The notes beneath the pieces were generated by a model. That model did no database searches. It worked only from the letters and a program-made list of their open reading frames with translations, and was not told the origin of the DNA. Below are positions 12,330 to 25,817 of a stretch of DNA of 64,000 bases, piece after piece; position 1 is the stretch's first letter; each line of letters begins with the position of its first letter. A program made the position numbers and the translations under genes. The DNA comes from Octopus bimaculoides (Eukaryota): the NCBI RefSeq assembly GCF_001194135.2, contig NC_068983.1, forward strand, positions 31,209,328 to 31,273,327, read 5' to 3'.

Positions 12330-14132
12330 AAAAAAATTAAGGTTGTGAAGATTTTAGAACATTTATAAATAGGTCTTACAGCTGTTTCTAGGATATTTAT
12401 TATATCCTTTCATCGGAGACGGCGTGAGAAAATGGTTAAGCAATAGTTAATTTAGATAAGATACGAAATAGAGAGTGAAGTTGAGGAATGAAAATAGATG
12501 TGAGATATGCAGGGATATTGCATTTATAAATCCATTATTTAGGCAGAATGATATACATATAAGATTCCAATACCTTGTGAGTAAATTCCAATAGTATTTA
12601 AAATTGGTCATTGTAAATTCCAATAGTATTTGAAATAGTTCAGTCCAAGTATAGAGTTTATACACAGTGCTATTGAATTGAGTGTTTTATATATATATAT
12701 ATCAGTTGAATAAAGTTACAACATGGTCTGGTTTTCACGTTTTTTTATTATTGTATTTTAAAATATTTTTTACAATGTTGAAGTGTGTTAAACACTAAAA
12801 AAATATTTTGTAATGTTCATAAAGTTCAATTAGCGCTTTAATACGTTCGTAGTAATCACCAAATTTTAAAATGTATTGACTGACAGTTGAGTTGAGTGCT
12901 TGACAACTAGTAAAATGACTAAATTTTACCTTTTTATACCTTTTAGAAGGCTCCGACAAGCTGAATTCTTCGAATACGGTTTTGACCAATCAGCATGCAT
13001 CTGAAATGCCACGGTTTGCCAGGTGCACCTATATCACTGGCATAGATCTCCCCTTTATTTTAACCAATTAGCTTGCGGTCTGCCTATAATGGTTTTATGA
13101 GTGAGCGAACTTAGTCGGTTTCGATCGTTTTTATTTCAATCGGTGGGAGTCTTCTGTAATTTGTTTATATTCACATGTTAAAGATATTTTTTAATCCACA
13201 TCATTAACTGGTTGTTATTGTTATTTCCGTTCAGAAGAGGTTTGAACATTTTAATGAAACGTTTTTCTTTAATCTTTCTTCCAGTTTCACTTGTGTTACG
13301 TAGTTTGTGGAAAGGTAAAATTAGAAACATTTTCTGATCCCATGTTTTTATATGTTCGCTCAATGGAATTTGCTAACATTGGTGTTCCGGATTTATTGTC
13401 TGTGAACTTGTGTGTGTTCCGATAATGCATTTCCTGTTTCGCCAATGTATAGTTCCTCGCAATTCGGGCATTTAATGCAGTAGATCAAATTTCTGCTTTT
13501 GCAGTTCAAATCTGCATTTGTGAAAATCTGTCCATTTTTGTTTTAATGGATCTACGAATATGCATGTATTAATACGTTCCACATTTGTTATCATTACATC
13601 TGGATACTGTGAATGTTTTATTGTTTCTTCATGTTGAATTTTGCCTTTGTTAATAGTTTTTTTTTTTTAGGTTATGTGGTTGCCTTTTGCTTAAGATAAG
13701 TATTTGATTGGTTATTATGTTTTTTTTAATTTTTCAGTTTGTTTCATGATTGGCAAATTTGTTTTGGTGATCTGGATTGTGTGTTCCTAGAAATGCTATT
13801 GTGTTCCGTTGATAGATTCGTCTCTCTCGTGTTGCCCCTAAGTTTTTCTATAGATATCTGTTTTGCTCGTTGTATGCTGTTTTCTATAAGTAAGAGAGGG
13901 TACTTTTGCTTGAGCAGAAATCCCTTTAAGTTCTATAAGTCATATATTTTCCTGGTATTTGGATCATTTACTATAATACAAGTTTTCCTGGCTAGACAGT
14001 ATGGGATATTGCGTTTTGTGTAGGCATAAAAAAGGAAAAAGTTAGTCATTTTATTACAGTTGTCAAGCACTCAACTCAACTGTCAGTCAATGCATTTTGA
14101 AATCTGATGATTACTACGAACGTATGAAAGTG
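12330..14132 (-). mobile_element. 5'-truncated Penelope-like retroelement (GIY-YIG endonuclease region, 3' pseudo-LTR, inverted tail)
   Basis: Minus-strand translation gives RNIPYCLARK, ELKGFLLKQKYPLLLIENSIQRAK, DLNCKSRNLIYCIKCPNCEELYIGETG (GIY-YIG) and LSEHIK..KIKEKRFIKMFKPLLN. Positions 14025-14132 are an inverted copy of 12833-12940. Confidence 0.85.
12373..12420 (-). ncRNA. Minimal type I hammerhead ribozyme motif (U4C core variant) in a Penelope 3' pseudo-LTR
   Basis: 5'-GUCU CCGAUGA A AGGAUAU AAUAA AUAUCCU A GAAAC AGCU GUA AGAC-3'. Stem I is 4 bp, stem II 7 bp, and stem III plus loop forms the palindrome ACAGCUGU. Cleavage triplet GUA. Confidence 0.7.
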
Positions 14133-15375
14133 CAGAACACAGTGAACTTCTCATGAAATTTCAAATTATCTCATGGCACGAGTACAACCAACAGAGGCAA
14201 TTTACAGACATATTTCACCCAATTTTACCATTATTGCTCAACATTGATCAGGCTTTACTAGAACTACAATTGTACTGAACAACACATCGCATCATATGTT
14301 ATGCTTCAGAGACTTCTTCACCCTAATAGAGGACGAAGACCATTCAACTACATTGATATTATTGGTAAAGACATATAACATGAAATTGAGGATCTACGAA
14401 TAATAATTGAAAAGGGAGATTTCTGACGCAGAATCATGTTTTTTTCCCCTTTTGGTCGCAGCCGTTTGAGGACATGTGTAGTCCAGTTTATTTAATCTAT
14501 AGTTTACGCTCGTTGACACCCATTGCAAGTGTGTCTTGAGTTCTCTGGTGTACTTTTTATGAATATAAATAGAAAAGCGAATTAGTAAGGCACTTCCCCT
14601 TTTGTCACCAGTTTCTTTCTGGCTTTATTTCTTTTCTCAACACGAACAGTTTCAGTGTCTTCTAAGACTTTTGTTGTTGAGAAGAGAATACCTCGTAAAA
14701 TATACTTGATTTCTCTTTCTCAAACTGAACATGACAATCTAATTATTTTATGTCTCTTTTACAATATGGCGTCGACTACATAAGACACGTTTCTTTGACT
14801 CTACAGCGAAATTGATTCAAATACATGTAAATAATTTGGCTCGAGCAGTAACGTTAACAGAACATATAAATAGCAATTAAAGCCACACTATATTCCAATA
14901 ATATATTATTGTAATATTTTACTCACGTTTTCAAGTCATAATAGCTAATTTCGAGTAAACACCTATATTTAGTCAATTTGCGAAAGACTGCGTTGGGTAA
15001 AGAAGGAAAAACAAAGCAATAGGCAATAGGCTCATACAACATCCATACATATATCATTCTTACATATAAACATAATCATATATATATATATATATATATA
15101 TATANNNNNNNNNNNNNNNNNNNNNNNNNNNNNNNNNNNNNNNNNNNNNNNNNNNNNNNNNNNNNNNNNNNNNNNNNNNNNNNNNNNNNNNNNNNNNNNN
15201 NNNNNNNNNNNNNNNNNNNNNNNNNNNNNNNNNNNNNNNNNNNNNNNNNNNNNNNNNNNNNNNNNNNNNNNNNNNNNNNNNNNNNNNNNNNNNNNNNNNN
15301 NNNNNNNNNNNNNNNNNNNNNNNNNNNNNNNNNNNNNNNNNNNNNNNNNNNNNNNNNNNNNNNNNNNNNNNNNNN

Positions 15376-15432
<57 letters not shown>

Positions 15433-15989
15433 TGGTTTAACTCATTACGACGAAATTAGGCTGAACATTAGTCTCCAAATTCCTAGATACTAATATGAAA
15501 TCATGGTACAACATTACGATATGCACGCAGACAGACAGGCAGACACACGCCAAACACACACACTCACACTCACATTCACACACTCACACACACACACTCA
15601 CACACACATACACACACACACAAATACATACAGTCACTTTCACTTGTACGTACATCAAAATCAAAATAAATAAAATATTTTCTTTTCTTCCGTTCTTATT
15701 GATGCACATCCTGCTTAAATGCTTTGTAAATTCTAATCCAATAATTTAATCAATTTTCGGCTAAATATTAAAAATTATCAAGCTTAATTTATAAAGATAC
15801 ATTTGCTTTATTGTAGTAATGAAACTTTTACATGATAGTCATTTGTTAAAAATCTACCTTATAATTTGTTGAGAAGAACATTTATTGCAAAAAGAGTTGC
15901 GTTTATTTTTTTTAGTTAATTGCTACACTCTTTTATTTAATTCCCCCCTAACGCTTCGAAAGTTAATTTCTTTCTACAATTATTCTAGA

Positions 15990-16560
15990 ATTATTTTCAA
16001 AAATGGCAAAACAGAAACAAATTGAGGAAGAAGAGAATCTTCACCTTTTTCTTCATACTGGATAATTGCAGTCGACCACATAAAAGGAGGAGCTCTGAAA
16101 AGCTATGGATTTCATAGATCAAGAGCATAAATGCAAAGGAAAAGCTGAAAAAAACAATTTTATCCGCTCGACCATTTTGATCAACCATATACGAACATTA
16201 TGGAAGCAATAGCTACACCAATGAAAAGCTCTTATATAGTAGAGAAAGTTGCTCATTAATCAGTTCTAAAAGAAAGGAATTATGAAAGGCTAGACTGCCT
16301 GGAAAATTTTGATTAATTCCAGTCTTATATAGGATCTTAATTTTTTTTTTTATTAAAACGCAGTTTTGAAACATCTTTTACTATTGAATATTTCAATTAC
16401 ATGCTTCAGCCACAAATGTCATTTAATGCGATATTTCAGTGTACTGCGGAGTAGCGTCTTTGAACCTCTGTTCGTACTTCTGGAAAATATACACTTTGCC
16501 TAAATATTTGCAACAATATTTTCTACAAATTTTAAGTTTAATCCAGCGTCAACCCAATTA
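15990..16560 (+). mobile_element. Highly decayed mariner-like remnant
   Basis: Weak traces resembling HDNARPH, YSPDLAP.D and GI..L, plus a TIR-like GTCAACCCAAT near 16545. Confidence 0.3.
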
Positions 16561-17399
16561 CATTGGTTCCAGTATCTTTTCATATTTGTTCGGTGTTTTT
16601 GAAAAAATAGAAGGATGAATAGGAAAACTGGTTTTAATTTACTTATGTCGATTGGGCATAACTACAGAAATGTATATTTTTAATGAAATTTTCTACAAAT
16701 ACCTTTCAGATGGTATAGATTACGGTTACATCTGCCTTTAATGTGAAAAGGAAATGGGAAAGGGATATTTCACGCATATCAACTTCGTTTTCCTCATATA
16801 TTTTGATGATTTCATTACAGTTATATTTAAAAATTACTTTTGAGAGTTATTTCATCTTTTTTCGAAAATTCTCTAAAAGAAATCTTTGCTGAAAGGAGAG
16901 TACAATGCTAGCACGGATGATTTAATACGTATTCCTTTCATCATTTTATCGCAATCTTTGAGAGATTCTCAAAAGTGGTCCGTCCTCTACGAGGTCGTTT
17001 AGTATGCTAGAAATAACAGGCCCCACATGGGTCTCAAAAGAAATTTTTTCAGCATGATTGAATTAAATCAACGAAATACATGGAAACAAAGCCGAGATGC
17101 ATGAAACATTTTGCTAGTTTACAAAAGGCAGTTGTCTTGAACAACAAAGCCAATGCAATAAAGACGCCGAGAGTGCAAACATCACTTCGTCCCCTAGCAC
17201 TAATGATATGGACGATAATATGTACAAAAGAATCGAGAAAGAAAATATGAACGAAAGAAATGTATAAACAAAGACAGCAAAGGAGTCAGTACTTCTTCGA
17301 TAAGAAAGAAAAGCAATATTGTCAATAACAAATCAAATCTCCACCAAGTGATATCAAAAATTTACTGGAGATGTGACTGTTATCTAATGGACTATTAAA

Positions 17400-20140
17400 A
17401 ACACGAATAAAGTGGGATGAAGTGACGTTACACTCATCTCAGACCTTGTCAAAGGCATATCCAAAAGAAACTCCAAATGGGGATCAACTTACAAAAACAC
17501 ATCTTTTAAGAGTCTCCAATGATTTCGAAAGTATCAACAACAGAATGTGTTTGAATGACACATGACCATTAACCTGCTTGAAGGAGATATAGTACACACT
17601 ACTATCTCATATCAAACGAGAATATGTAAGAGTAGAACAAATTTCTGTAGTAGTGCAACACAAAATCTTTCATATTCTGAAAGAAAATAGTAAGTGATGG
17701 TGGAGCTGCATGTGCGTTGATGGTCACGTACACGTAATATTGTTATCATACTCAAACTCTGATTCACCAATTGCGCAGCTCAAAGGAATTATCGTGGAGA
17801 TATGTGCAATATTGTTTTGTTGATATTTTAAATCATTTGCCTTTAGGCCTTGAAAGGATGAAAGAGATACTAAACATTTTGAACGAATATACAAATGTTG
17901 AAATTGTTTTGTTGTATGTTAATCCTAATGAGTCAGACTCTATTTTGTATATCTGGGACTATAACGTCCAATATATCCTTCATTTTTCAAGATGGTGAAA
18001 TATGATTTGAGGTTTCCTCGTTGGCTCGTACATGCAACTGATTCTCACATAGCTTACATAAATTTGTTTGAGACAAAAGAAATTGGCTCAGAACTTCACA
18101 AAAAGTACTCAACTTTAATTTCACAAGAAATCAATGTAAAAAGAGAATTTCAAGTCAAACTAGCTCCGCTCTTTCTACACAAGACAATGTCTTTAAAATG
18201 ATTCAATTTATTTCAACAATGCAAATTATATGCATTAAATATGTTGTGGGAGAATACCAAAGTTCATAAAAATAATATGTACAAGGACTTAAAAATACCA
18301 TGAGATGAAGAATAGCGGTTTTAAATCGCTTAAATTGGTAAAAACCATAAATTGACACGAAAATATTGCACACAATGACGATACCTGTAGAAACTGAGAA
18401 TATGATAAGATGCTTCCGTGAGAATGAGAAAACAGTAAAAGGAACCAAAGCTTATGAAAATGTACAAACTAATCTTAAAGTAGTGTATAAACTGAAAAAT
18501 GAAACGGCTTCAACGCATTGTAAAAGACGTTAATTAAAGTAATATGTAATTTATTACAACCTGCGAAAGATAAAATGCTAAACGACCAATTTAAAACTAT
18601 TTTTACGACCTTTCATATGTATATGCAAACAGATAGGCCAGGCGAGGTCTACATATCGACACATTATATAGAGAAGTAGCAAACATTTTCTTTTACATCG
18701 ATGTAATAAAATATATAACAAATCTATCACAGAACAAAATAAGCCTGAACTACACAAGAGGACCTGAAAAATTCCCGATAACCAGCAAGAATCTTGCAAA
18801 ATAATTTGACTAAACTACTTCAGCGTTTTTTTTTCTAGCCCTTTCTTAGAAGTTGTAAGCTCTTAACTGAAAATTAAATACATGAACGGTCTAAAAAACG
18901 GAAGCATTGCAGATGCTAAAAATAACAGACCTATTTTTATGAATTCACTATCAGTAAGGATAAGGAACAAATTATCACGGAAAAACCGATTACTTACTCA
19001 GTGAAATGCAGCGCAGTTTCCTTTGAAGAAGGAGCATTTTCACACTTTCTACTTCATTATGTTTTGATACTGAAATATCTGCTAAATGAGTCAAGCATAA
19101 CTGTGTACATACTGGGATTTACGAAGGCTTTCGGCGAAGATAATGCATGATATATAAGAAGCTACGTGATCTCAACATAGCTGGACAACTAGGAGTGACC
19201 GTATGGCGATTTAAGTGACACAGTTCATGATGCGAACAGCACCCTTTAAAAGATGTCAGTTTCAATTGGAATGCACACCCAAGTAACTATTTTGAAATCT
19301 TATGTTATTACTGTGTCTAAAAGTTCTCTGTTATCCAAGTTATAGAAGAGCTAGAATCTCTGTCTATGATGAAAATTCTAAAATACCAACACCTATAAAA
19401 ATCAGGATCATTTTAAGAGACACTTCAGTGCCATACATGAAGGAATTGGTGAAAACAACGGGCAATTCAATGCTAAACATTCCCAGCATTCTCCATTATC
19501 AGTCATCTAATAGACTATTGTCTTCATAAGATGAATTTCAAACCTGAGTTTTCAAACCTGAGATTTTAAACCTGAGATTGACCTGGGAATTATAACGATC
19601 AATGGCGCATAGTTTCCTGTGCATATATTAATATACTAGTAACAACATGCAGCTAACTGGCAGAATGGATTTAGTAAAAACTTGACAAGAAAATAAATCA
19701 CGTTGATCCTGTGGAAGATATATTCCCAGTCGTCTGGATTGTTACTCCTTATGGTTCCCACATAATGTCAGTGATCCTACTCCAGAAAGATTGCTTTTGT
19801 TCACCAGATGAAATTCTGGGAAAGAGTGAATGCATTAATACTCCCTGAAAGGAAGAAGTAAACCATTTTTACATCTGAAATATTTCGGAAAGACTGGCTT
19901 CAAACTTTGGATTTGAACGCTATAAAAAACCTGAATTGGGCTTCAACTGTATGTTTAATCGTCTTCATCCTGACCAAGGACCAGATAATGTGATAAATTT
20001 AGGTTTGCAGAATTACCGTTCTTCAATATCCAACAAAACAAAGAACATACCTCGGATAGCTGTTAAAAACAAAATTCAAAAACCATTTTACCATTCTTCC
20101 GTAATACTGGATGAAACTGCATCATTACAAGAGGTGTAAA
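17400..20140 (+). mobile_element. Decayed CR1-group LINE (endonuclease/RT remnant)
   Basis: Frameshifted motifs in the expected order: ADAKNNRPI (NYRPISL-like), VYILGFTKAF (VYLDFSKAF-like), KLRDLNIAGQLGV, WERVNAL (YWERLK.L-like). The 5' boundary is uncertain. Confidence 0.6.
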
Positions 20141-20147
20141 TTTACCA

Positions 20148-20271
20148 CAACGATGTCAAACCCTTACATTCCTTAAATAACGCACACGACGAAGGTCACA
20201 AAGACATTCATGGCATTGCCTCATAACTAGCTGAAGCCAGTAGACAGGTCATACGCACACACACACAAACA

Positions 20272-20320
<49 letters not shown>

Positions 20321-20540
20321 TGTATCGGCGTTAAGCAGTGATTAAAAATAAACAAACTATAGGTTAGCTAAAATATGTATGTAAAATATGTTTGTTAAAA
20401 TATGTTTGTAAATGACGGCAACGATGTCAAACCCTTGCATTCCCTGAGTTACGCACACGACGAAGGTCACAAAAACATTCATGGTATTGCCTCACAACTA
20501 GCTGAAGCCAATCGACAGGTCAACACGCGCATGCGCGCAG

Positions 20541-20593
<53 letters not shown>

Positions 20594-20660
20594 GCAGCAT
20601 CAGTGTTGAGCTGTGATTAGAAATAAACGAACTTTAGGGTAGTTAAAATATGTTTGTAAC
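20148..20660. repeat. Diverged tandem duplication of a ~270-bp unit with an internal (CA)n
   Basis: CAACGATGTCAAACCCTT..GCACACGACGAAGGTCACAAA..CTAGCTGAAGCCA..(CA)n..GTGATTA.AAATAAAC..AAAATATGT occurs at 20148 and again at 20418. Confidence 0.85.
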
Positions 20661-20997
20661 CTATTTTACATTCTAAAGGCAAATACAATGCAGTTATCGC
20701 GGAGAAAGAAATTCTCTCTTATCGTAAAAGGTGTAAAAACACGGTGTCTGCTCAATGCTTCTCCCTATCAGATTCCCAGATGCGCGTTTCTGGCTTTTTA
20801 GCCTTCCTGAATAGATCGAAGAGAGATGATCTTGGGCAAATTCGAAGCCGCAGCCGTAACTAAAAGACGATCATCATCAGTGACTGAGACGCGCTGTTGG
20901 ACGGACGGGCCGAGGTAAATACAGGATCATCAGCGACAAACAGTGATTACGAATAAACCTTGGCGTTGATGCTGCTATATTTATCCCGACTGAATTT

Positions 20998-21012
20998 GTT
21001 CTCCATGGTAAC
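20998..21012. promoter_or_regulatory. Candidate RFX X-box-like motif
   Basis: GTTCTCCATGGTAAC has a strong CCATGGTAAC half-site and sits in a unique, visibly CpG-richer stretch (20700-21030). No associated gene identified. Confidence 0.2.
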
Positions 21013-21114
21013 TGCATTGGATTCGCTTTTAGAAGGTAAAATAGGCTACAAACATCTTAAAATAAAGATACACACACGTGTGTGTGTGTTTCTGTGTGTA
21101 CATTATATATATAT

Positions 21115-21410
21115 ATAATGGACTTTCCCGTCGAAGACGTCGTATGAGAGGTTAACATTTTTGACGAACCACCTGCACAAATAATTTGTTTGCAGTGATA
21201 AAATGTATGTGCTGTATATTAGCTTAATTTCTCCATGAAATCGACGTTGCCGAAATAGGTGCACGGGGTGCCACGCGTCACGTGTCGAAGTCACCGCAGA
21301 GCAACCTGAGAAGTGTTTTGCTCAAGAACATAACGCACCACTCGGTCTAGAAATTAAACCCACGATCTCACGATCGTGAGTGTAACTCCTTAACTACTGT
21401 GGCATGCACC
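21115..21410 (-). mobile_element. Full-length diverged tRNA-derived SINE
   Basis: Reverse complement begins GGTGCATGCCACAGTAGTTAAGGAG..GATCGTGGGTTTAATTTCTAGACCG..TTCTTGAGCAAAACACTT and ends GTCTTCGACGGGAAAGTCCATTATATA. Confidence 0.7.
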
Positions 21411-21442
21411 CTCACTAATAATAATATATACATATATATATG

Positions 21443-21504
<62 letters not shown>

Positions 21505-21505
21505 C

Positions 21506-21555
<50 letters not shown>

Positions 21556-21575
21556 TATATGTATGTATATGTAAT

Positions 21576-22123
21576 CGACTACAACATAAGCCGAGGAAAA
21601 GGTATAAAGACTGTGCGAAGGAAAACCTATAGAAACTAGATATGAACAAAAGTGATTGTGAAAATGATGTTCTAGATCGGAACAAGTGGAGAGGTGCTGT
21701 TCGGACTGGTTGCAATTCCTGGCCGGAAAAGATGGTTCAGCATTTCGAACTTAAAAGAGCCTGCCGCAAAGGAACAATTGGAACTGTAATCGACAGTGAA
21801 CATTGGATATGTATCATATGTGACCGTGTTCTGTTGTCACAAGCAGGATACGTGAATCATATGAAGTCATCTGAAAATCGTAATGCCCAGATAGGTAAAT
21901 GGTCATAGACACCAACCACTTCTTACGACTTGTGTCATATGTAAAAAAACTTGAAAAACAAATTCTGGATTTAAAAGACATGCTAGTTCACAAAAACATT
22001 CCTCCAGAATCAGATTCCAAAAGGCAAAGATATGGAAGAAACTTGAACAATATCAGCCACTTGTGTTTTAAACCCTGTCAGTCAGCAACTGGTCTTAAAA
22101 GTAATCTAAGGGCTCGTCAATGA
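21576..22123 (+). mobile_element. RTE-type LINE 3' coding fragment with C2H2-like fingers
   Basis: KPRKRYKDCAKENL*KLDMNKSDCENDVLDRNKWRGAVRTG (RTE C-terminal RKRYKD..DR..WR motif), followed by CIICDRVLLSQAGYVNH and HLCFKPCQSATGLKSN. Confidence 0.75.
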
Positions 22124-22542
22124 ATTGATTGCGTGCGTGCTGGCGTGTGGTGTGTGCGTTGATGGGACGGCTATCATCTGTCAAGATGAAGCAATCATCA
22201 TATGTATGCCTATATATATACGTATGCATACACACATCCACGCGTGTGCTAGTGTATGTATATATGTATGTGTGTGTGCAAGTGAATATGTCTGTACTTG
22301 AGTGTGGATGGGCCTAACTGCGTAAGTGTGGATGATGTTTGTATTTCGTATTTATCAACTACTTGTAAGAATATTCCTTCCTCGAATCTACAAATCCCGA
22401 TGAAGTTGTAAAGGTGCCGTCGTGACATGCGGTGTGTCATCGGAATCTAAACCAAGTAGAGCCCATCTCCAACAGTAGCGAATTACAGAAAGAAAGAGAC
22501 AAGAAGAATCAGTTCCATTATTGTAATAATACTCCAGTAATT

Positions 22543-22918
22543 GGTTAACGTGCAGTTTACCGTCGTATAAAACTGAAAGTAAATTGTCCTAAAAACCGGA
22601 AGTACCGACAATAATATACTGACATTAATATACTAACAATAATATACTAACAATAATATACTAATACTTTGGCCCATAAGGCATCTTGTTAGGACCACGT
22701 CTGATATCCAAGGGGGCTTTATATGTGTCTCTCGACAACTTCTATACTCACTTTGACAGTGTTCATACTCAATCTACAGAAGGATGATGGATTCTCGCGT
22801 AGAAGAAAGTTAGGCGATTATATGGGACTAGTGAAGGTAAATTGTCCGTCATCACTTCTCGCCTTTAATTGACAGTTTACTTTCACTTTTTTTTACGACG
22901 TTAAATTGCATGTTAACC
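22543..22918. mobile_element. TTAA-flanked MITE-like element with ~46-bp imperfect TIRs
   Basis: 22543-22588 is the approximate reverse complement of 22871-22918. TTAA lies at 22545 and 22913. An internal 14-bp tandem repeat (4 copies) spans 22608-22663. Confidence 0.6.
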
Positions 22919-23379
22919 CAGTAATTGACCCCGATGTGATGAAAGGCAAATCTGACTTTGGTGTGATTTGAACTCAGAACACAAAGATAGAATTCAACAG
23001 TTCTCTATGACTCACTAATGACTTTGTAAGTTACGGTAATCGAACACTACAGTAATCGAGAGTTTATGAAGTATTGTTGGGAACGTGTGAGGCAGCTGCT
23101 TATGTAAACAATATCTTCGTGCAGTCCCTTGCGTATTTCTAGCTTTTGTTTTCATATTATTAGGCTGTTCTATCTTGTAAAGATTTCTTTAATCTTAATT
23201 GTATTCACATGGGGAAAACAAGTTCTTCACGGGCAGACGTTAGCTTTAGTGTATTTCTTGCGTATAAATGTGTATGTTCTGTGTGTGAGAGAGTCTGTGG
23301 GAGATATTTCATGTCCTTAATGTTGTGTTTCTATGGCTTGTGTTCGTACTTTCGTGAGAATGTCTTGCAATTCTGTATG

Positions 23380-23750
23380 CGAATATTAAGAGCGTAACGT
23401 GTAAATTTTTGTGTTTGTAAACATTTCATACACTTCGATTAATGTGTGTTGCTTCAGAGTGTGTATACATATGTGCGCATACACTTCCGTATTAGTGTAT
23501 GCGTATACATGTGAAAAATTGTATATTTGTATGCATGTGTTTAATTGTTATATATTAAGTTTTAAGTTTGTGTTTGTGTATGTTTCGATGTCTATTTATA
23601 TATATACGCGTGATAATGTGTTTCACGAGGCTGAGTGTATATGTGTGCGTGTGTGTTGTATATGCATAAATGCGTTCCGTATCTATGTTTCTGTGTGTTT
23701 CGATATTTCTCAGCGTGATTAAATATCTAAGTATGTGTATGAATGTGTAT

Positions 23751-23789
<39 letters not shown>

Positions 23790-25097
23790 TATGTGCATGT
23801 ATGTGTGTTTATATATGTGTGTAAAAGTGTCAATGGCTGGGAACCGCTAACGTGCTTAACAACATGTGGTCATATATTTTTTTAATAATATGTTCAATAC
23901 GGGTATGTGAGAATATTTTAGTGTGGTTACATGTAAGTGTACGTGCAAGATATTTTGCGAGTTGATAAGTCATTTTGTACATATACATACATGAATTTCT
24001 ATGTGTATTTTATGCAAGCACGAATGTTTGTAAAGGCGTGCTTCTGCGTAACAAACAGTTTCTGTGTATGTCCACGTATGAGAATGAATGTTCGCACTCC
24101 TGTTTCTGTATTCTTCTGTTTCTTTCACTCTTTCTTTATGTGTGTATATATGTGTGAGTGTGTATGTGTGTCTGTTTCCGTGCATGTGTGTATGCGTGCG
24201 CGCGTATCTTGTTCTTCAGTGAGAAAACTCCATTAGCATGTTTTATGCTTTTGTAATCAGCTCAGGGATTGTTTTAAAGAAACACGAAAACATGATATTC
24301 AAAGCAGCTAGCTTTGCCGTTGTTTCATTTATAGGTGGAAACCAAATTATGATAAATTAGTTCTTAGATATCTTTAACGGCGTTCTTTTCTTTTCAATGT
24401 AATTCACACTGCTAGTTTTTGTTTTTGTTTTTTTCCCGTTGTGTGATGCGCTCGCCATGCCTATCTGTAACTTATTAGGCATAGAGATAGATAGAAAAGA
24501 GATAAAGAGGAAGGGCGAGACCTAAGAATGATTATTGGAACAAGTTTTTAGTTTTTTTTTTATTACCCATTTTGCTTTCTTTTATTGTTTATATCTTATC
24601 TAACGTCTGTTTGGAATCACTCATTCAAATTTTTTATGTGTAATTATTTCTTTAATGTTTGTCCCTTCTCTTAAATGAAGTTCTATGGTATGTCGTCTGC
24701 TCTTTTCGATTTTTTTTTCTTACATTTAGATTTTTATTATTTATATATGTGTTTATTGTGATGTAATGGCGCCGGAGATATTAAAGCAAAATTAAATCTC
24801 ATCAGCAAAACCTAGCAGACTGGACACGGAATTTATTCATATGTGCAAAGTGGTGCTCAAGCGGTAAGTTGTCAATCGCTAAAAACTCTTCTGATACGTA
24901 TACATATACACACACACATCATACATACATACATACATACATACATACATACATGCATACATACAACATATATACATACATATGCTCACACACATGCAAA
25001 GACGCATACATGCATACATACACACACATACACACGCATAAGTGTATGTGTGTGTGTATGCTTGTACGTATGCATGAATGTGTATGTACACATGTAC

Positions 25098-25128
<31 letters not shown>

Positions 25129-25156
25129 TGTATGTATGTATGCATGTGTGTGTATG

Positions 25157-25187
<31 letters not shown>

Positions 25188-25769
25188 GTATGTATGTACG
25201 TTTGTATATCTGTATGTATGATGTGTGCACGTGTGTATGCATGTATGTGTATGTATACATGTATGTACGTGTATGTGTGTGTGTGTTTGATGTATGTCTA
25301 TTGCTTTTTTTTCTTTTTCTCTATTTTTCATGAAAACCTTTCATTCATTTACCCATCTCACTCTCTGTAGCTTTTTTTCACCCGAATACCACACAGACAC
25401 AAAGATGATGACACGCATACATGTAGATTACCGGGTATACGAACACTTACACCCACAAAGATATCCAAACAGGCAGACATACTCAAACACAAAACATAAT
25501 AAACATATACATACCACAAACACACTTACACACACACATAACATACAGATATACAGATGAACAAGCTCTCAAACATACCCAGCAACACGTGAATACAGTC
25601 ACACATATAAATACATATGCATACACAGCAAACAGTACACACACACAACCACACACACGCACACACATATACGAGCGCGCGCACACTAGATATAGTAAAC
25701 ATACACAGGACACGCGCATGCACTCGTACACACTATAAATTTGTATATACATCTTCTTGCACATATACA

Positions 25770-25817
<48 letters not shown>

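Noticed and set aside
14104-14135. CTGATGA..GAAA hammerhead look-alike
   Set aside because: No stem I or III, and the sister copy at 12833-12940 lacks the core.
24800-24870. Exon candidate ending in a GCG/GTAAGT donor (likewise about 51950-52015)
   Set aside because: Weak acceptor, short unrecognisable peptides and no supporting gene structure.
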